Shown here: piece after piece, positions 52,633 through 62,051 of the stretch
Numbering within the stretch: position 1 is the first letter of the stretch
How the letters are laid out: each line of letters opens with the position of its first letter
Assembly (NCBI GenBank): GCA_002298335.1
Contig: DBNK01000033.1
Location: forward strand, 7,828-71,827
Origin: Thalassolituus sp. UBA674
Lineage (GTDB): Bacteria; Pseudomonadota; Gammaproteobacteria; Pseudomonadales; Oceanobacteraceae
Direction: 5' to 3'
Length of the DNA: 64,000 nt
The notes under the pieces: generated by a model
The model's database searches: none
What the model saw: only the letters and a program-made list of their open reading frames with translations
Told to the model about the DNA's origin: nothing
Position numbers and translations under genes: made by a program

Positions 52633-53181
52633 ATGCGCGACAAAGTCATTCTGGTCGATACGGAAGATAACCCCTGCGGTATCGAAGAGAAGCTGGCAGC
52701 CCACTACAATCCCGGAAAGAGACACCGGGCCTTTTCGGTATTCATTATTAATTCTGCAGGTCAGTTACTGCTGCAACAGCGTGCCGCAGCCAAGTACCAT
52801 GCAGGGGGGCTTTGGGCCAATTCCTGCTGCAGCCATCCGCAACCTGATGAGGTACTTGCCGAGTCGGCATCGCAGCGTCTGTCAGAAGAAATGGGCATTG
52901 ATGTCAGCGTAGAAGCCTTTGGAACCTGCGAGTACCAGCTACCCGTCAGTGACACTATGACCGAATGGGAGCTGGATCACCTGTTAATCGGCCACTACGA
53001 CGGCGAGGTGTTTCCCAACCCTGATGAGGTCGACAACATCCGCTGGGCAGATGTGTCGCTTATTGCAGAGGAACTCAGACTGACACCAGAGCGCTATGCA
53101 CCCTGGTTTCACGTCATCTTCCCGCTGTTTGCGGACCACATGAAAGACGCATCCGCTACGGCACGGATGCATCAGGGATAG
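52633..53181 (+). CDS. idi: Isopentenyl-diphosphate delta-isomerase, type 1 (Nudix)
   Basis: 182 aa: HRAFSVFIINSAGQLLLQQRAAAKYHAGGLWANSCCSHP...SEEMGI...TEWELDH, the Idi-1 catalytic Cys/Glu context. Confidence 0.88.
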   Translation: MRDKVILVDTEDNPCGIEEKLAAHYNPGKRHRAFSVFIINSAGQLLLQQRAAAKYHAGGLWANSCCSHPQPDEVLAESASQRLSEEMGIDVSVEAFGTCEYQLPVSDTMTEWELDHLLIGHYDGEVFPNPDEVDNIRWADVSLIAEELRLTPERYAPWFHVIFPLFADHMKDASATARMHQG

Positions 53182-53202
53182 TAAGCAGACGGGGAAGTGC
53201 CA

Positions 53203-55008
53203 TCAGGCACTCTTCCCCGCCATATACCGTCTCCACCCCCCAAGCCCGGTAATCTCCTCCGCACCATCAACCCCATACGGCTCGCAGATAAACCCACTCA
53301 CCCAGCGGCCATCCACCAGCTCAACTTTGCCGATACCCAGCGGGGCCGGGATATTCGCCACAAAACTGCCGAATTCGCTCGATGGCAGACGCCAGACTTC
53401 GACATCAATCGCAGCGCCATTGGCTTCGTCACGGATCAGACCGGGGCGGAACGGTGGGCCACCAGCCAGCGCGTACATGCGGTAAAACGGGCTGGTCGTG
53501 GTACTTTCCGCCAGTCGTGCGCCACGTTCGGTCAGCTGCCAGTTGAGTGGCAGGCCTTCGAGATGAGCACCGCACACGGCAACTTCGATATGGCTTTGAT
53601 CAGCAACTGTGGGCTGCGCCAGATTCAGGCTGACGGCGGCTTCGGCGCCGGATGGCAGTGGCAGCAGGCTCTGGATGCGCTGAGCGATGGACAGCAGTGC
53701 GCGGTCGCTGAACGCCGGACCAACCAAGGTGACGCCAAACGGCAGGCCGTCGTCGGTGAATGACGTGGGTACCGCCACTGAAGTCATATCCAGCAGGTTC
53801 ATAAAGTTGGTGTAGTAACCCAGTTCGCTGTTGCGCTTGATCGGTTCTTCCAGCAGTTCGGCGATGGTGAACAGGCGACCGGCGGTCGGGGTCAGTACGC
53901 AGTCGATGTCTTCCAGCTGGGCGGTACAGATGCGCTTGAGTGCTTCGAGGCGGTATTCAGCGAGGAACAGGTCAACGGCTTTGTGCTCGCCGCCCGGTTC
54001 GATGATGGTGCGGATGACTGGCAAAAGCGCATCCGGGTTGGTTTTGATCAGGTCTTCGATGGCGAGATAACGCTCACTCACCCAGGGGCCTTCGTACAGC
54101 AGACGTGCAGCTTCGTCGAACGGTGCGTAGTCGATTTCTTTTAATGAAATGCCTGAATTTTTCAGGGCACCCAGCGTTTTGCGATAAGCGTTTTCATAGC
54201 CTTCATCACCAAAGAATTTCAGCTGAGCTTCGGGAATCACTCCGATAGTCAGTGCCCCGGCGCGTTCACCGAAATGACGCGGGCTGTTGCTGTAGGTGTT
54301 TTTGCGGCTGTAGCCGTCGGCGGCATCGTACCCTTCAGCACAGGCGAGCACGGCATTCGCATCGGCGCTGTTGAGGGCAAAGATGCTGATGCAGTCGAGG
54401 CTACGGCACGCCGGTACCAGACCGGTTGCCGACAACAGGCCTTTGGTTGGCTTGAGACCCACCAGATTGTTAAAACAGGCTGGCACCCGCCCGGAGCCGG
54501 CGGTATCCGTCCCCAGACTGAAGCTGGCCAGACCCAGCGCAACAGACACAGCGGAACCTGAGCTGGAGCCGCCGCTGATGTAGTCCGGGTTAAACGCATT
54601 GTGGCACTCACCGAATGGCGAGCGCGTGCCGTTCAGACCCGTAGCGAACTGGTCGAGGTTGGTTTTACCAACCGGAATGGCTCCGGCATCGATCAGTTTC
54701 TGCACCACGGTTGCATTCACCTGTGGCGTGTAGGCGAAGGCCTCGCAGGCAGCAGTGGTCGGCACGCCGGCGAGGTCGATGTTGTCTTTCACGGCAAACG
54801 GAATACCCCACAGCGGAAAGCTGTCGATGGGCTTGTCGTTCAGACCGTCCAGATACGGCTGCACCTCGGTTTCGCTGAGGGCGTGAATCCAGATGTTGTG
54901 GCCAGCGTACTGCTGCGAGCGCTCGCGGATGTCCGCCAGCACTTCAGCGGGTGTGCTCTGGCTGCTCAGATAGGCCTCACGCAAGGCCGTCAGGGTCATG
55001 CTTTTCAT
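53203..55008 (-). CDS. Allophanate hydrolase
   Basis: 601 aa. Amidase signature (GGSSSGSAVSVALG, ...GTDTAGSGRVPA) plus an AtzF-type C-terminal domain. Confidence 0.9.
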   Translation of the reverse strand: MKSMTLTALREAYLSSQSTPAEVLADIRERSQQYAGHNIWIHALSETEVQPYLDGLNDKPIDSFPLWGIPFAVKDNIDLAGVPTTAACEAFAYTPQVNATVVQKLIDAGAIPVGKTNLDQFATGLNGTRSPFGECHNAFNPDYISGGSSSGSAVSVALGLASFSLGTDTAGSGRVPACFNNLVGLKPTKGLLSATGLVPACRSLDCISIFALNSADANAVLACAEGYDAADGYSRKNTYSNSPRHFGERAGALTIGVIPEAQLKFFGDEGYENAYRKTLGALKNSGISLKEIDYAPFDEAARLLYEGPWVSERYLAIEDLIKTNPDALLPVIRTIIEPGGEHKAVDLFLAEYRLEALKRICTAQLEDIDCVLTPTAGRLFTIAELLEEPIKRNSELGYYTNFMNLLDMTSVAVPTSFTDDGLPFGVTLVGPAFSDRALLSIAQRIQSLLPLPSGAEAAVSLNLAQPTVADQSHIEVAVCGAHLEGLPLNWQLTERGARLAESTTTSPFYRMYALAGGPPFRPGLIRDEANGAAIDVEVWRLPSSEFGSFVANIPAPLGIGKVELVDGRWVSGFICEPYGVDGAEEITGLGGWRRYMAGKSA

Positions 55009-55076
55009 GTTAATGCCTTCAATTCAATTCGGTTCGTATTCAGAGTTCAGGAGTCAGGGCTTCTTACCAATCTGTC

Positions 55077-58000
55077 CTAGGATTCAGACAGGACCACCAG
55101 CGCCTTACCCGCGCTGACTCTGTTGCCGGGTTCCAGCAGCATGCGGCTGACAACGCCATCGCACGGTGCCTGCACCGGGATTTCCATCTTCATGGACTCC
55201 AGCACCAGCAGGGTCTGCCCGGCCTTAACAACCGCGCCCTCTTCCACTTCGACCTGCCAGACGCTGCCGGACACCGGGCTGTCGACGATGGTGGCGTCTT
55301 CCGGCCAGACTTCTTCTGTGGATTCTTCTTCGGCCTCAAACGTATCGCTGTAAAACTGGCCATCGCGGTGCCAGCGCTGCAGCTCTTCGTCGAAGGCGTT
55401 CTGACGGTGCTCGCGGAAGGCGCTGATGCTGTCAGCGTTGTCGTTAATCAGGGCCTCGTAATCGGCCAGACGGAATTCACCCTCTTCGATTTTCAGCGGG
55501 TACTGGCCACGCGGAAATTCGGTGCGGATGGTCTGCAGTTCATCGTGGGAGACCTCGTAAAAACGGATCTGATCGAAGAAGCGCAGCAGCCAGGGCTGGG
55601 TGAATTCGGCGGTCTGGCGATAGCGGTTCCACATCTGCAGAGTACGCCCGACAAACTGGTAGCCACCCGGGCCTTCCATGCCGTAGACACAGAGGTAGGA
55701 GCCGCCGATGCCCACAGAGTTCTCGGCGGTCCAGGTACGGGCCGGGTTGTACTTGGTGGTGACCAGACGATGACGCGGGTCGACCGGGGTCGCCACCGGC
55801 GCACCCAGATACACGTCGCCGAGGCCCATCACCAGATAAGAGGCATCGAAGACGATCTTCTTCACATCGGCGATGCTGTCGAGGCCGTTAATACGGCGGA
55901 TAAACTCGAGGTTGCTCGGACACCAGGGCGCATTTTTACGCACCGACTGCTGGTATTTATCAATCGCCAGCTGACAGGCTTCGTCATCCCACGACAGTGG
56001 AATGTGCACAGTACGCGACGGCACACTGAGGCTGTCGAGCTCGCGGCTGAGGTTCTGCTCGGCGGTTTTCAGATGCGCCAGCAGAGTCGCGTGATCGAGC
56101 TGCTGGCTGTCGAAATGCACCTGCAGTGAGCGGATGCCCGGCGTCAGTTCACGCAGACCCGGCAGCGGGTTCGCCTGCAGCCACTGCATCAGCGCATGAG
56201 CGCGGAAACGCAGGCGGATGTTGAGCACTTTAGGGCCGTATTCCACCAGCAGGAAGTGATCACCGGCGGCGCGGTAGACCACGTCTTCGCCCACTTCGCT
56301 TTCGCTCAGGGAGGACAGCACCGGCGTGCCACGATCGCTCAGCGGTGTTACGTCGGGTGCTGTTAACGAGAGGGATGCTAGCTGCTGATTCTGAGCGGCT
56401 TCGAGTGCCACAGCGTCTTCAATCGACACCGGCTCAAAGCGGATTTTATCGCCCGCACGCAGCTGCCCCAGCTTCCACAGATCAGCGGTAATGACCGTTG
56501 CCGGGCAGACGAAGCCACCTAACGAAGGGCCGTCCGGGCCCAGAATAACCGGCATATCACCGGTAAAATCCACAGTACCAAATGCGTAGGCGTTGTCGTG
56601 AATATTCGACGGGTGCATACCTGCTTCGCCGCCGTCTTTGCGCGCCCATTCCGGTTTCGGACCGATCAGACGGATACCGGTACGGCTGGAGTTGTAGTGG
56701 ATCTCCCACTCGTTCTCAAAAAAGGTATCAATGTCGCTGTCGGTGAAGAAATCCGGTGCGCCGTGCGGGCCATAAACAACACGCAGCGTAGTGGTGTTGC
56801 TGATCGCCGGCAGCAGAGGAGAGACATCGATATCTGGTAAATCGGCCTCAGCAGAAGGCTTCAGATGTAAAACATCACCGGTGCGGATCGCCCGCCCGTT
56901 ATGGCCACCGAACTGACCCAGCGTGAAGGTCGAGCGAGAGCCCAGATATTCCGGGCAGTCGAAGCCACCCTGAACTGCGAGGTAGGTGCGCGCACCGGCG
57001 CTGGCGACCCGACCCAGAGACAGAGTCTGACCAGCGTCTACGCTGATCACCTTGTTCAGGTCGACAACTTCGCCATCCAGTTTAGCGTCGATGTCAGCAC
57101 CACACAGCACCAGCGAGGTGACTGCGCTGAACTTCAGCGTCGGACCAGAGAGCGTGATTTCCAGACCGGCAGCACGTTCGTCGTTACCCAACAGGCGGTT
57201 AGCCAGTCGGAAGGAATAGCTGTCGAACGGGCCGGACGGCGGCACGCCCACATCCCAGTAACCCTGACGTGACGGAAAGTCCTGAATCGTGGTCAGGGTA
57301 CCGCCCTGCAGTACATCGATGCGCGCCGGGGCATATTTAAACTGGTTGAGATAGCGGGTAGTCACTTCGCCTCTGGCCAGCGTCTCGTCACGGGTCAGAT
57401 GACGCAGGTAGTCGAGGTTGGTCTCGCTGCCGTACAGCTTCGATTCATCCAGTACCTGCTGCAGTTTCGCCAGCGCGGCGTCACGGTCAGCGGCGTGAAC
57501 AATGACTTTGGCAAGCATAGGGTCGAACCACGGCGGTACGTCGATACCGGCTTCGATCCAGCGATCGATGCGGATGCCCTCACCCTCGGGGAACTCCACC
57601 TGAGTCAAAAGACCGGCGCAGGGGCGGAAGTCCTGATACGGGTCTTCGGCGTACAGGCGCACCTGAATCGAATGGCCGGATGGCTTGAGGTCGGCACGCA
57701 GCTGATCCAGATCCGGCAGTGCGCCACCCGCGAGACTGACCATCCATTCCACCAGATCGACGCCGAACACTTCTTCGGTGACACCGTGCTCAACCTGTAA
57801 GCGGGTATTCACTTCAAGGAAGTAAAACTTCTGGGTATCGGCATCAAGTACAAACTCGACGGTACCGGCGTTGCGGTAACTGACGCTCGACAGCAGAGCT
57901 TCGGCGGTGCTGTGCAGCGCGGTGCGAGTGCTGTCGTCGAGGTTGGGTGCCGGGCACTCTTCCACCACTTTCTGGTTACGACGCTGACTGGAGCAGTCAC

Positions 58001-58676
58001 GCTCACCGAGAGCCAGTGCCTTGCCCATACCATCGCCGAATACCTGCACTTCGATGTGGCGCGCACGGGTGATGAATTTCTCGAGGAAGACACTGTCATC
58101 GGCAAAGTTGTTGGCGCTGAGGCGTTTCACACTGACCCAGGCACTGCGCAGTTCGGTCTCGCTGTGACACAGCTGCATGCCGATACCACCACCACCCGCA
58201 CTGCTCTTCAGCATCACCGGGTAACCAATGCGGTCAGCTTCGCTGACGGCTTCTTCAAGACTTTCCAGAACACCGGTACCCGGCAGCAGTGGCACGTCGG
58301 CCTGCGTCGCCAGATCACGGGCACGGTGTTTAAGACCGAAGGCTTCCATCTGCTCAGGCGTTGGCCCGATAAAGGCGATGCCTTCTTTATCGCAGCGGCG
58401 CACAAAATTCGCGTTCTCACTGAGAAAGCCATACCCCGGATGAATCGCCTGCGCACCGCACTCGTGGGCGATGGCAAACAGCTTGTCGGTGTTCAGATAA
58501 GTGGCCGTGGCATCGCCGTCACCGAGACTGTAAGCCTCATCGGCATGACGCACGTGCAGAGACTCCGCGTCTCCTTCGGCATAAACCGCAACGGCAGTCA
58601 CGCCCATGCGTTTGAGAGTGCGGATGATGCGGGTGGCAATCGCCCCGCGGTTAGCGATCAGAACTTTGTTGATCAT
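55077..58676 (-). CDS. Urea carboxylase family enzyme, probably guanidine carboxylase given the riboswitch context
   Basis: 1199 aa. N-terminal biotin carboxylase (MINKVLIANRGAIA...), central KipI/KipA-like domains, C-terminal biotinyl motif LESMKMEIPV. Confidence 0.9.
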   Translation of the reverse strand: MINKVLIANRGAIATRIIRTLKRMGVTAVAVYAEGDAESLHVRHADEAYSLGDGDATATYLNTDKLFAIAHECGAQAIHPGYGFLSENANFVRRCDKEGIAFIGPTPEQMEAFGLKHRARDLATQADVPLLPGTGVLESLEEAVSEADRIGYPVMLKSSAGGGGIGMQLCHSETELRSAWVSVKRLSANNFADDSVFLEKFITRARHIEVQVFGDGMGKALALGERDCSSQRRNQKVVEECPAPNLDDSTRTALHSTAEALLSSVSYRNAGTVEFVLDADTQKFYFLEVNTRLQVEHGVTEEVFGVDLVEWMVSLAGGALPDLDQLRADLKPSGHSIQVRLYAEDPYQDFRPCAGLLTQVEFPEGEGIRIDRWIEAGIDVPPWFDPMLAKVIVHAADRDAALAKLQQVLDESKLYGSETNLDYLRHLTRDETLARGEVTTRYLNQFKYAPARIDVLQGGTLTTIQDFPSRQGYWDVGVPPSGPFDSYSFRLANRLLGNDERAAGLEITLSGPTLKFSAVTSLVLCGADIDAKLDGEVVDLNKVISVDAGQTLSLGRVASAGARTYLAVQGGFDCPEYLGSRSTFTLGQFGGHNGRAIRTGDVLHLKPSAEADLPDIDVSPLLPAISNTTTLRVVYGPHGAPDFFTDSDIDTFFENEWEIHYNSSRTGIRLIGPKPEWARKDGGEAGMHPSNIHDNAYAFGTVDFTGDMPVILGPDGPSLGGFVCPATVITADLWKLGQLRAGDKIRFEPVSIEDAVALEAAQNQQLASLSLTAPDVTPLSDRGTPVLSSLSESEVGEDVVYRAAGDHFLLVEYGPKVLNIRLRFRAHALMQWLQANPLPGLRELTPGIRSLQVHFDSQQLDHATLLAHLKTAEQNLSRELDSLSVPSRTVHIPLSWDDEACQLAIDKYQQSVRKNAPWCPSNLEFIRRINGLDSIADVKKIVFDASYLVMGLGDVYLGAPVATPVDPRHRLVTTKYNPARTWTAENSVGIGGSYLCVYGMEGPGGYQFVGRTLQMWNRYRQTAEFTQPWLLRFFDQIRFYEVSHDELQTIRTEFPRGQYPLKIEEGEFRLADYEALINDNADSISAFREHRQNAFDEELQRWHRDGQFYSDTFEAEEESTEEVWPEDATIVDSPVSGSVWQVEVEEGAVVKAGQTLLVLESMKMEIPVQAPCDGVVSRMLLEPGNRVSAGKALVVLSES

Positions 58677-58689
58677 GATGTTTCCTATT

Positions 58690-58773
58690 GCGGGTCGTCC
58701 CGCTCAGAAATTTGGTTTCAGGTCTTGAGAAATTCACTTCACTTTCTCGCCTGATCACAGAGGTCGTCCTCTG
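58690..58773 (-). promoter_or_regulatory. Candidate guanidine-II (mini-ykkC) riboswitch: two ACGA-capped hairpins
   Basis: The minus-strand RNA reads CAGAGG-ACGA-CCUCUG (58773-58758), then a 54-nt linker, then GCGGG-ACGA-CCCGC (58703-58690), then AAUAGGAAACAUC-AUG of the carboxylase gene. Confidence 0.6.
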
Positions 58774-58925
58774 CTTAATTGTTAAATCACTGAAGTTTTC
58801 CCAGGACTGGTCCGGAGGTTTTGTGGACGCGACGCCCGGAGCGCAGGAACCGGAAGGTATAGGTCATACCTGAGGATTCCGAGCACCGCGCAACAAAGTC
58901 CACGACAGCTTCCGGTCAGTCCCAC

Positions 58926-59567
58926 TTAAACGTTCCAGACTAGTAACTCTACGGGTGTGGGGTTATAGCCATTGCACGGGTTGTTAAGTTGGGGGCAATT
59001 CGAAATCAACACTACAACATCCATCAACGCCTTCAGCTCCACGTACTTACCCGGTGCGGAAATACCGTCTTCAAAGGTCAGGCCACCCGCTTCGGTTACG
59101 GGTACGTTCATAAAGAAGTTGATGTTGTGGCTGATGTCGCGCTTGCTGATGCCGTATTCCGGGTGCTCGGCAATGGCAAGCATCCAGCTGTCGCGGCAGG
59201 CGTGCATGCAGCGCTTTTCGAGGTCGTAGCGCACGGTATTACTTTCCGTCGCGCAGGCACCGCCGAGGGTATCGTGACGACCACAGGTATCGGCGACGAT
59301 CTCCAGCATGGGGGTGTTTTCATTGGAGCGCAGCACCGACCCTGTGGTCAGGTAGACGTTGCCCTGCTCGCGGATGGTGTCCATGGCGCTGTAGCGCTCG
59401 GACGGATCTTCGGCGCTGTAAAACAGGGTGTCAGCGGCCTGATTACCTTCCAGATCGAGAATACGCATGGTCTGGCCCGCGGCGACGATACCAATGAAAT
59501 AATCACCGGCATCGATGATGGTGCGGCTCATGGCACCGTCGGCTTTGAGTGTACTTTCGGTCAGCAT
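58926..59567 (-). CDS. Urea carboxylase-associated protein (DUF1989), putative carboxyguanidine deiminase subunit
   Basis: 213 aa of DUF1989-type sequence, paired with a paralogous subunit upstream (7-nt overlap). Confidence 0.8.
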   Translation of the reverse strand: MLTESTLKADGAMSRTIIDAGDYFIGIVAAGQTMRILDLEGNQAADTLFYSAEDPSERYSAMDTIREQGNVYLTTGSVLRSNENTPMLEIVADTCGRHDTLGGACATESNTVRYDLEKRCMHACRDSWMLAIAEHPEYGISKRDISHNINFFMNVPVTEAGGLTFEDGISAPGKYVELKALMDVVVLISNCPQLNNPCNGYNPTPVELLVWNV

Positions 59568-60304
59568 GATGATTTCCCCATGTTGGTGCCCATGTAATAC
59601 AACGCGTTGTTCTGGAAACCGCGGCGGTTTTCCGGGCGGTAATTCAGGCAGTAATCGTCATCGCTGACCGGGTCGGCCTCGCCGATTTCGATTCGCACGG
59701 GTTTACGCGGGTACTCAGACGCGGTGCTGAGCGGGTGTGGACAAGTGTGCATCAGCACCAGAGTGTCCATGTCAAAACGCAGGGTGACGCTGCTGCCGGG
59801 GGTGCTGTGGCGGTCGTCGAGGCTCATGTTTCCGGCGGCGTCCGTTGCTACCTTACTGAACCAATTGATGTTGGCGGCGATATCCGCACGGCCAAGGCCA
59901 TACTTCGCCAGCTCCACCAGAAAGGCGTCGTAGCCGTTCTGATGCCAGTCGTTGCGGTCGTGCTGGTAATCGCGCTTACCCCACTTTTCCGCAACATGCG
60001 CGGCGTGGCTGTTGCCACACACGGTCTCGTGCCAGCCGAGACTGTCTTCGACGATGGAGGCAAAAATACGCCCCATGTCGGAGTACAGGCAGTTGCCACG
60101 GGTCAGGCGGAAGGTGTGCTGACACTTGAGGGTGTCCGGCGCGTTGTAACGCTCGAGCAGATCTTCCGGGTTGTAAAACAGCATACCCAGATTGCCGCTG
60201 CCTTCGATGTCGGTAATGCGCATCTGGGTGCCACGGCGTAAGCGCAGCGACCAGTGGCCGCCGGCGGGTATATCAGTGGTGTAAAAGACGTCGTTCATTG
60301 TCAT
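59561..60304 (-). CDS. Urea carboxylase-associated protein (DUF1989), putative carboxyguanidine deiminase subunit
   Basis: 247 aa of DUF1989-type sequence ([27 protein letters not shown]...). Confidence 0.8.
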   Translation of the reverse strand: MTMNDVFYTTDIPAGGHWSLRLRRGTQMRITDIEGSGNLGMLFYNPEDLLERYNAPDTLKCQHTFRLTRGNCLYSDMGRIFASIVEDSLGWHETVCGNSHAAHVAEKWGKRDYQHDRNDWHQNGYDAFLVELAKYGLGRADIAANINWFSKVATDAAGNMSLDDRHSTPGSSVTLRFDMDTLVLMHTCPHPLSTASEYPRKPVRIEIGEADPVSDDDYCLNYRPENRRGFQNNALYYMGTNMGKSSC

Positions 60305-60346
60305 AGTCCTGTTTCGCGTATTCGATGAAGGGCTGAGGCTGTTGCC

Positions 60347-61129
60347 TCAGACCACTTCAACGACGGGACGCAGGTTGTCGTCGATTTCTTCGTAGATTTT
60401 TTTGCCCATCTGACCGACCGCAAGGTCGTAGGTGATGCTGGCGCCATACGCGCCGGGGGCCTGCGGGTCCTGTCGCAGTTTGTCGAACACCCACAACCGG
60501 GTGCCAAGGTAAAAGCCTTCTTTGAGGTCATGGGTGACCATAAAGACGGTGAGTTTGTGCTCGCGCCAGAGGTTCAGCACCAGCTCGTGCATGTCGGCAC
60601 GGATACCGGGGTCGAGTGCGCCAAATGGCTCATCCAAAAGCAGAATGCGTGGCTTACCCAGTAATGCCTGAGCGATGGCCAGTCGCTGTTTCATACCGCC
60701 CGAAAGCTCGTGCGGGTACTTATTCAGCGCGTGACTTAAGCCAACCTGATTAAGAATCGCCGTGGCTTCTTCTTTCGCTTCGCGTCTGGCGCTGCCGAAC
60801 AGATAGCCGGTCAGACCTTTGCGGGCGAAGGCTTTGGCGGCCATTACGTTCTCGAGCACGGTCATGTGCGGAAACACCGAGTACTGCTGAAATACGATGC
60901 CACGGTCCGGTCCGGGTTCCGCCGGAATCGGCTGACCATCGAGCAGCAGTTCGCCTTTACTGCAGCTCTGGGTGCCGAGCAGCATGTTCAGAAAGGTGCT
61001 TTTACCGCAGCCTGAGGTGCCGACCATGGTGATGAATTCACCTTCTTCCACGGTCACGTTCAGCCCTTCGAGAACGACGTTTTCGCCGTAGGTTTTCCAG
61101 AGATTTTTTGCCTGAATCATCGGGGGCAT
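60347..61129 (-). CDS. ABC transporter ATP-binding protein (NitT/TauT-type, urea carboxylase-associated)
   Basis: Walker A GTSGCGKST, signature LSGGMKQRLAIAQAL, Walker B ILLLDEP. Confidence 0.9.
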   Translation of the reverse strand: MPPMIQAKNLWKTYGENVVLEGLNVTVEEGEFITMVGTSGCGKSTFLNMLLGTQSCSKGELLLDGQPIPAEPGPDRGIVFQQYSVFPHMTVLENVMAAKAFARKGLTGYLFGSARREAKEEATAILNQVGLSHALNKYPHELSGGMKQRLAIAQALLGKPRILLLDEPFGALDPGIRADMHELVLNLWREHKLTVFMVTHDLKEGFYLGTRLWVFDKLRQDPQAPGAYGASITYDLAVGQMGKKIYEEIDDNLRPVVEVV

Positions 61130-61130
61130 A

Positions 61131-61949
61131 TCAGCGTCCTCCCTGTGTGTTCCATGGGAACAGTCTTCGGCTCAGCCAGGCCAGAGCAATGTCCAGAAGG
61201 AAAGCCAGCAGCGTAATCCAGGCCACGTACGGCAGGATCACATCCATCGACAGATAACGGCGCACCAGGAAGATGCGGTAACCGAGACCATCGGTCGAGG
61301 CGATGGCTTCCGCCGCAATCAGGAACAGCCAGCCCGCGCCCAGTGACAGACGCACGGCGTCGATCAGTTTTGGCAGCAGCTGTGGCAGCACCACGCGGAT
61401 CAGGATCTGCATAGTATTGGCGCCCAGTGTCTGCGCTTTCACCAGCTGCTCGGCCGGAATTTCTTCCGTACGACGCTGAATATCCCGTGCAATAAAGGGG
61501 GTGATACCGACGGCAATCAGCACCACTTTCGACAGTTCACCGAGACCAAAGACGATGAACAGCACCGGCAGTAATGCCAGTGGCGGTACCAGTGAAATAA
61601 CGGTCAGCAGAGGCGAAACACCCGCCCCGATCATCGGCAGTGCACCGGTGAGCATGCCGATAAGCAGGCCCAGAACGGCGGCAATCAGTACCCCCAGCCC
61701 AAGACGGGTGAGGCTGCTGGCGGTGTCGACCCAGAGCAGGTATTCACCGGTGCGCTTGCTCGGCTCAAAGGCCATGCGCTGCACGGCATCTCCCATCTGC
61801 GCGAAACTTGGCAGCAGCTTGTCGTTGGCGTTCTCGGCCAGACGTGCATCCGAGGCAACGATGTACAGCAGCAGTAACAGCGCGAATGGCAGCAGTGCCA
61901 GCATCAGATTCAGCGAGCGGCCGGGCGCCATATTGATCATGCGTTGCAT
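61131..61949 (-). CDS. ABC transporter permease (NitT/TauT-type)
   Basis: 272-aa multi-pass protein with a BPD-transporter loop (...AQTLGANTMQILIRVVLPQLLP). Confidence 0.88.
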   Translation of the reverse strand: MQRMINMAPGRSLNLMLALLPFALLLLLYIVASDARLAENANDKLLPSFAQMGDAVQRMAFEPSKRTGEYLLWVDTASSLTRLGLGVLIAAVLGLLIGMLTGALPMIGAGVSPLLTVISLVPPLALLPVLFIVFGLGELSKVVLIAVGITPFIARDIQRRTEEIPAEQLVKAQTLGANTMQILIRVVLPQLLPKLIDAVRLSLGAGWLFLIAAEAIASTDGLGYRIFLVRRYLSMDVILPYVAWITLLAFLLDIALAWLSRRLFPWNTQGGR

Positions 61950-62051
61950 AGTCAGTCCTTGCGGAGGCGATCCTCCGCTAAGGGCACCTCTGAAAAACTA
62001 CCTGCGTTTCACAGAGGAGCCTTGAGCTTATGAGTTAAACAGCTTCAGGGA

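Noticed and set aside
58774-58925. Guanidine-III (ykkC-III) or a second ykkC aptamer in the remainder of the spacer upstream of the mini-ykkC hairpins.
   Set aside because: CCGGAC and CAGGAC-like fragments are present, but the conserved pseudoknot arrangement and spacing of guanidine-III are not. No CUAGGGUUCCG or ACACGGCGGGA blocks were seen.
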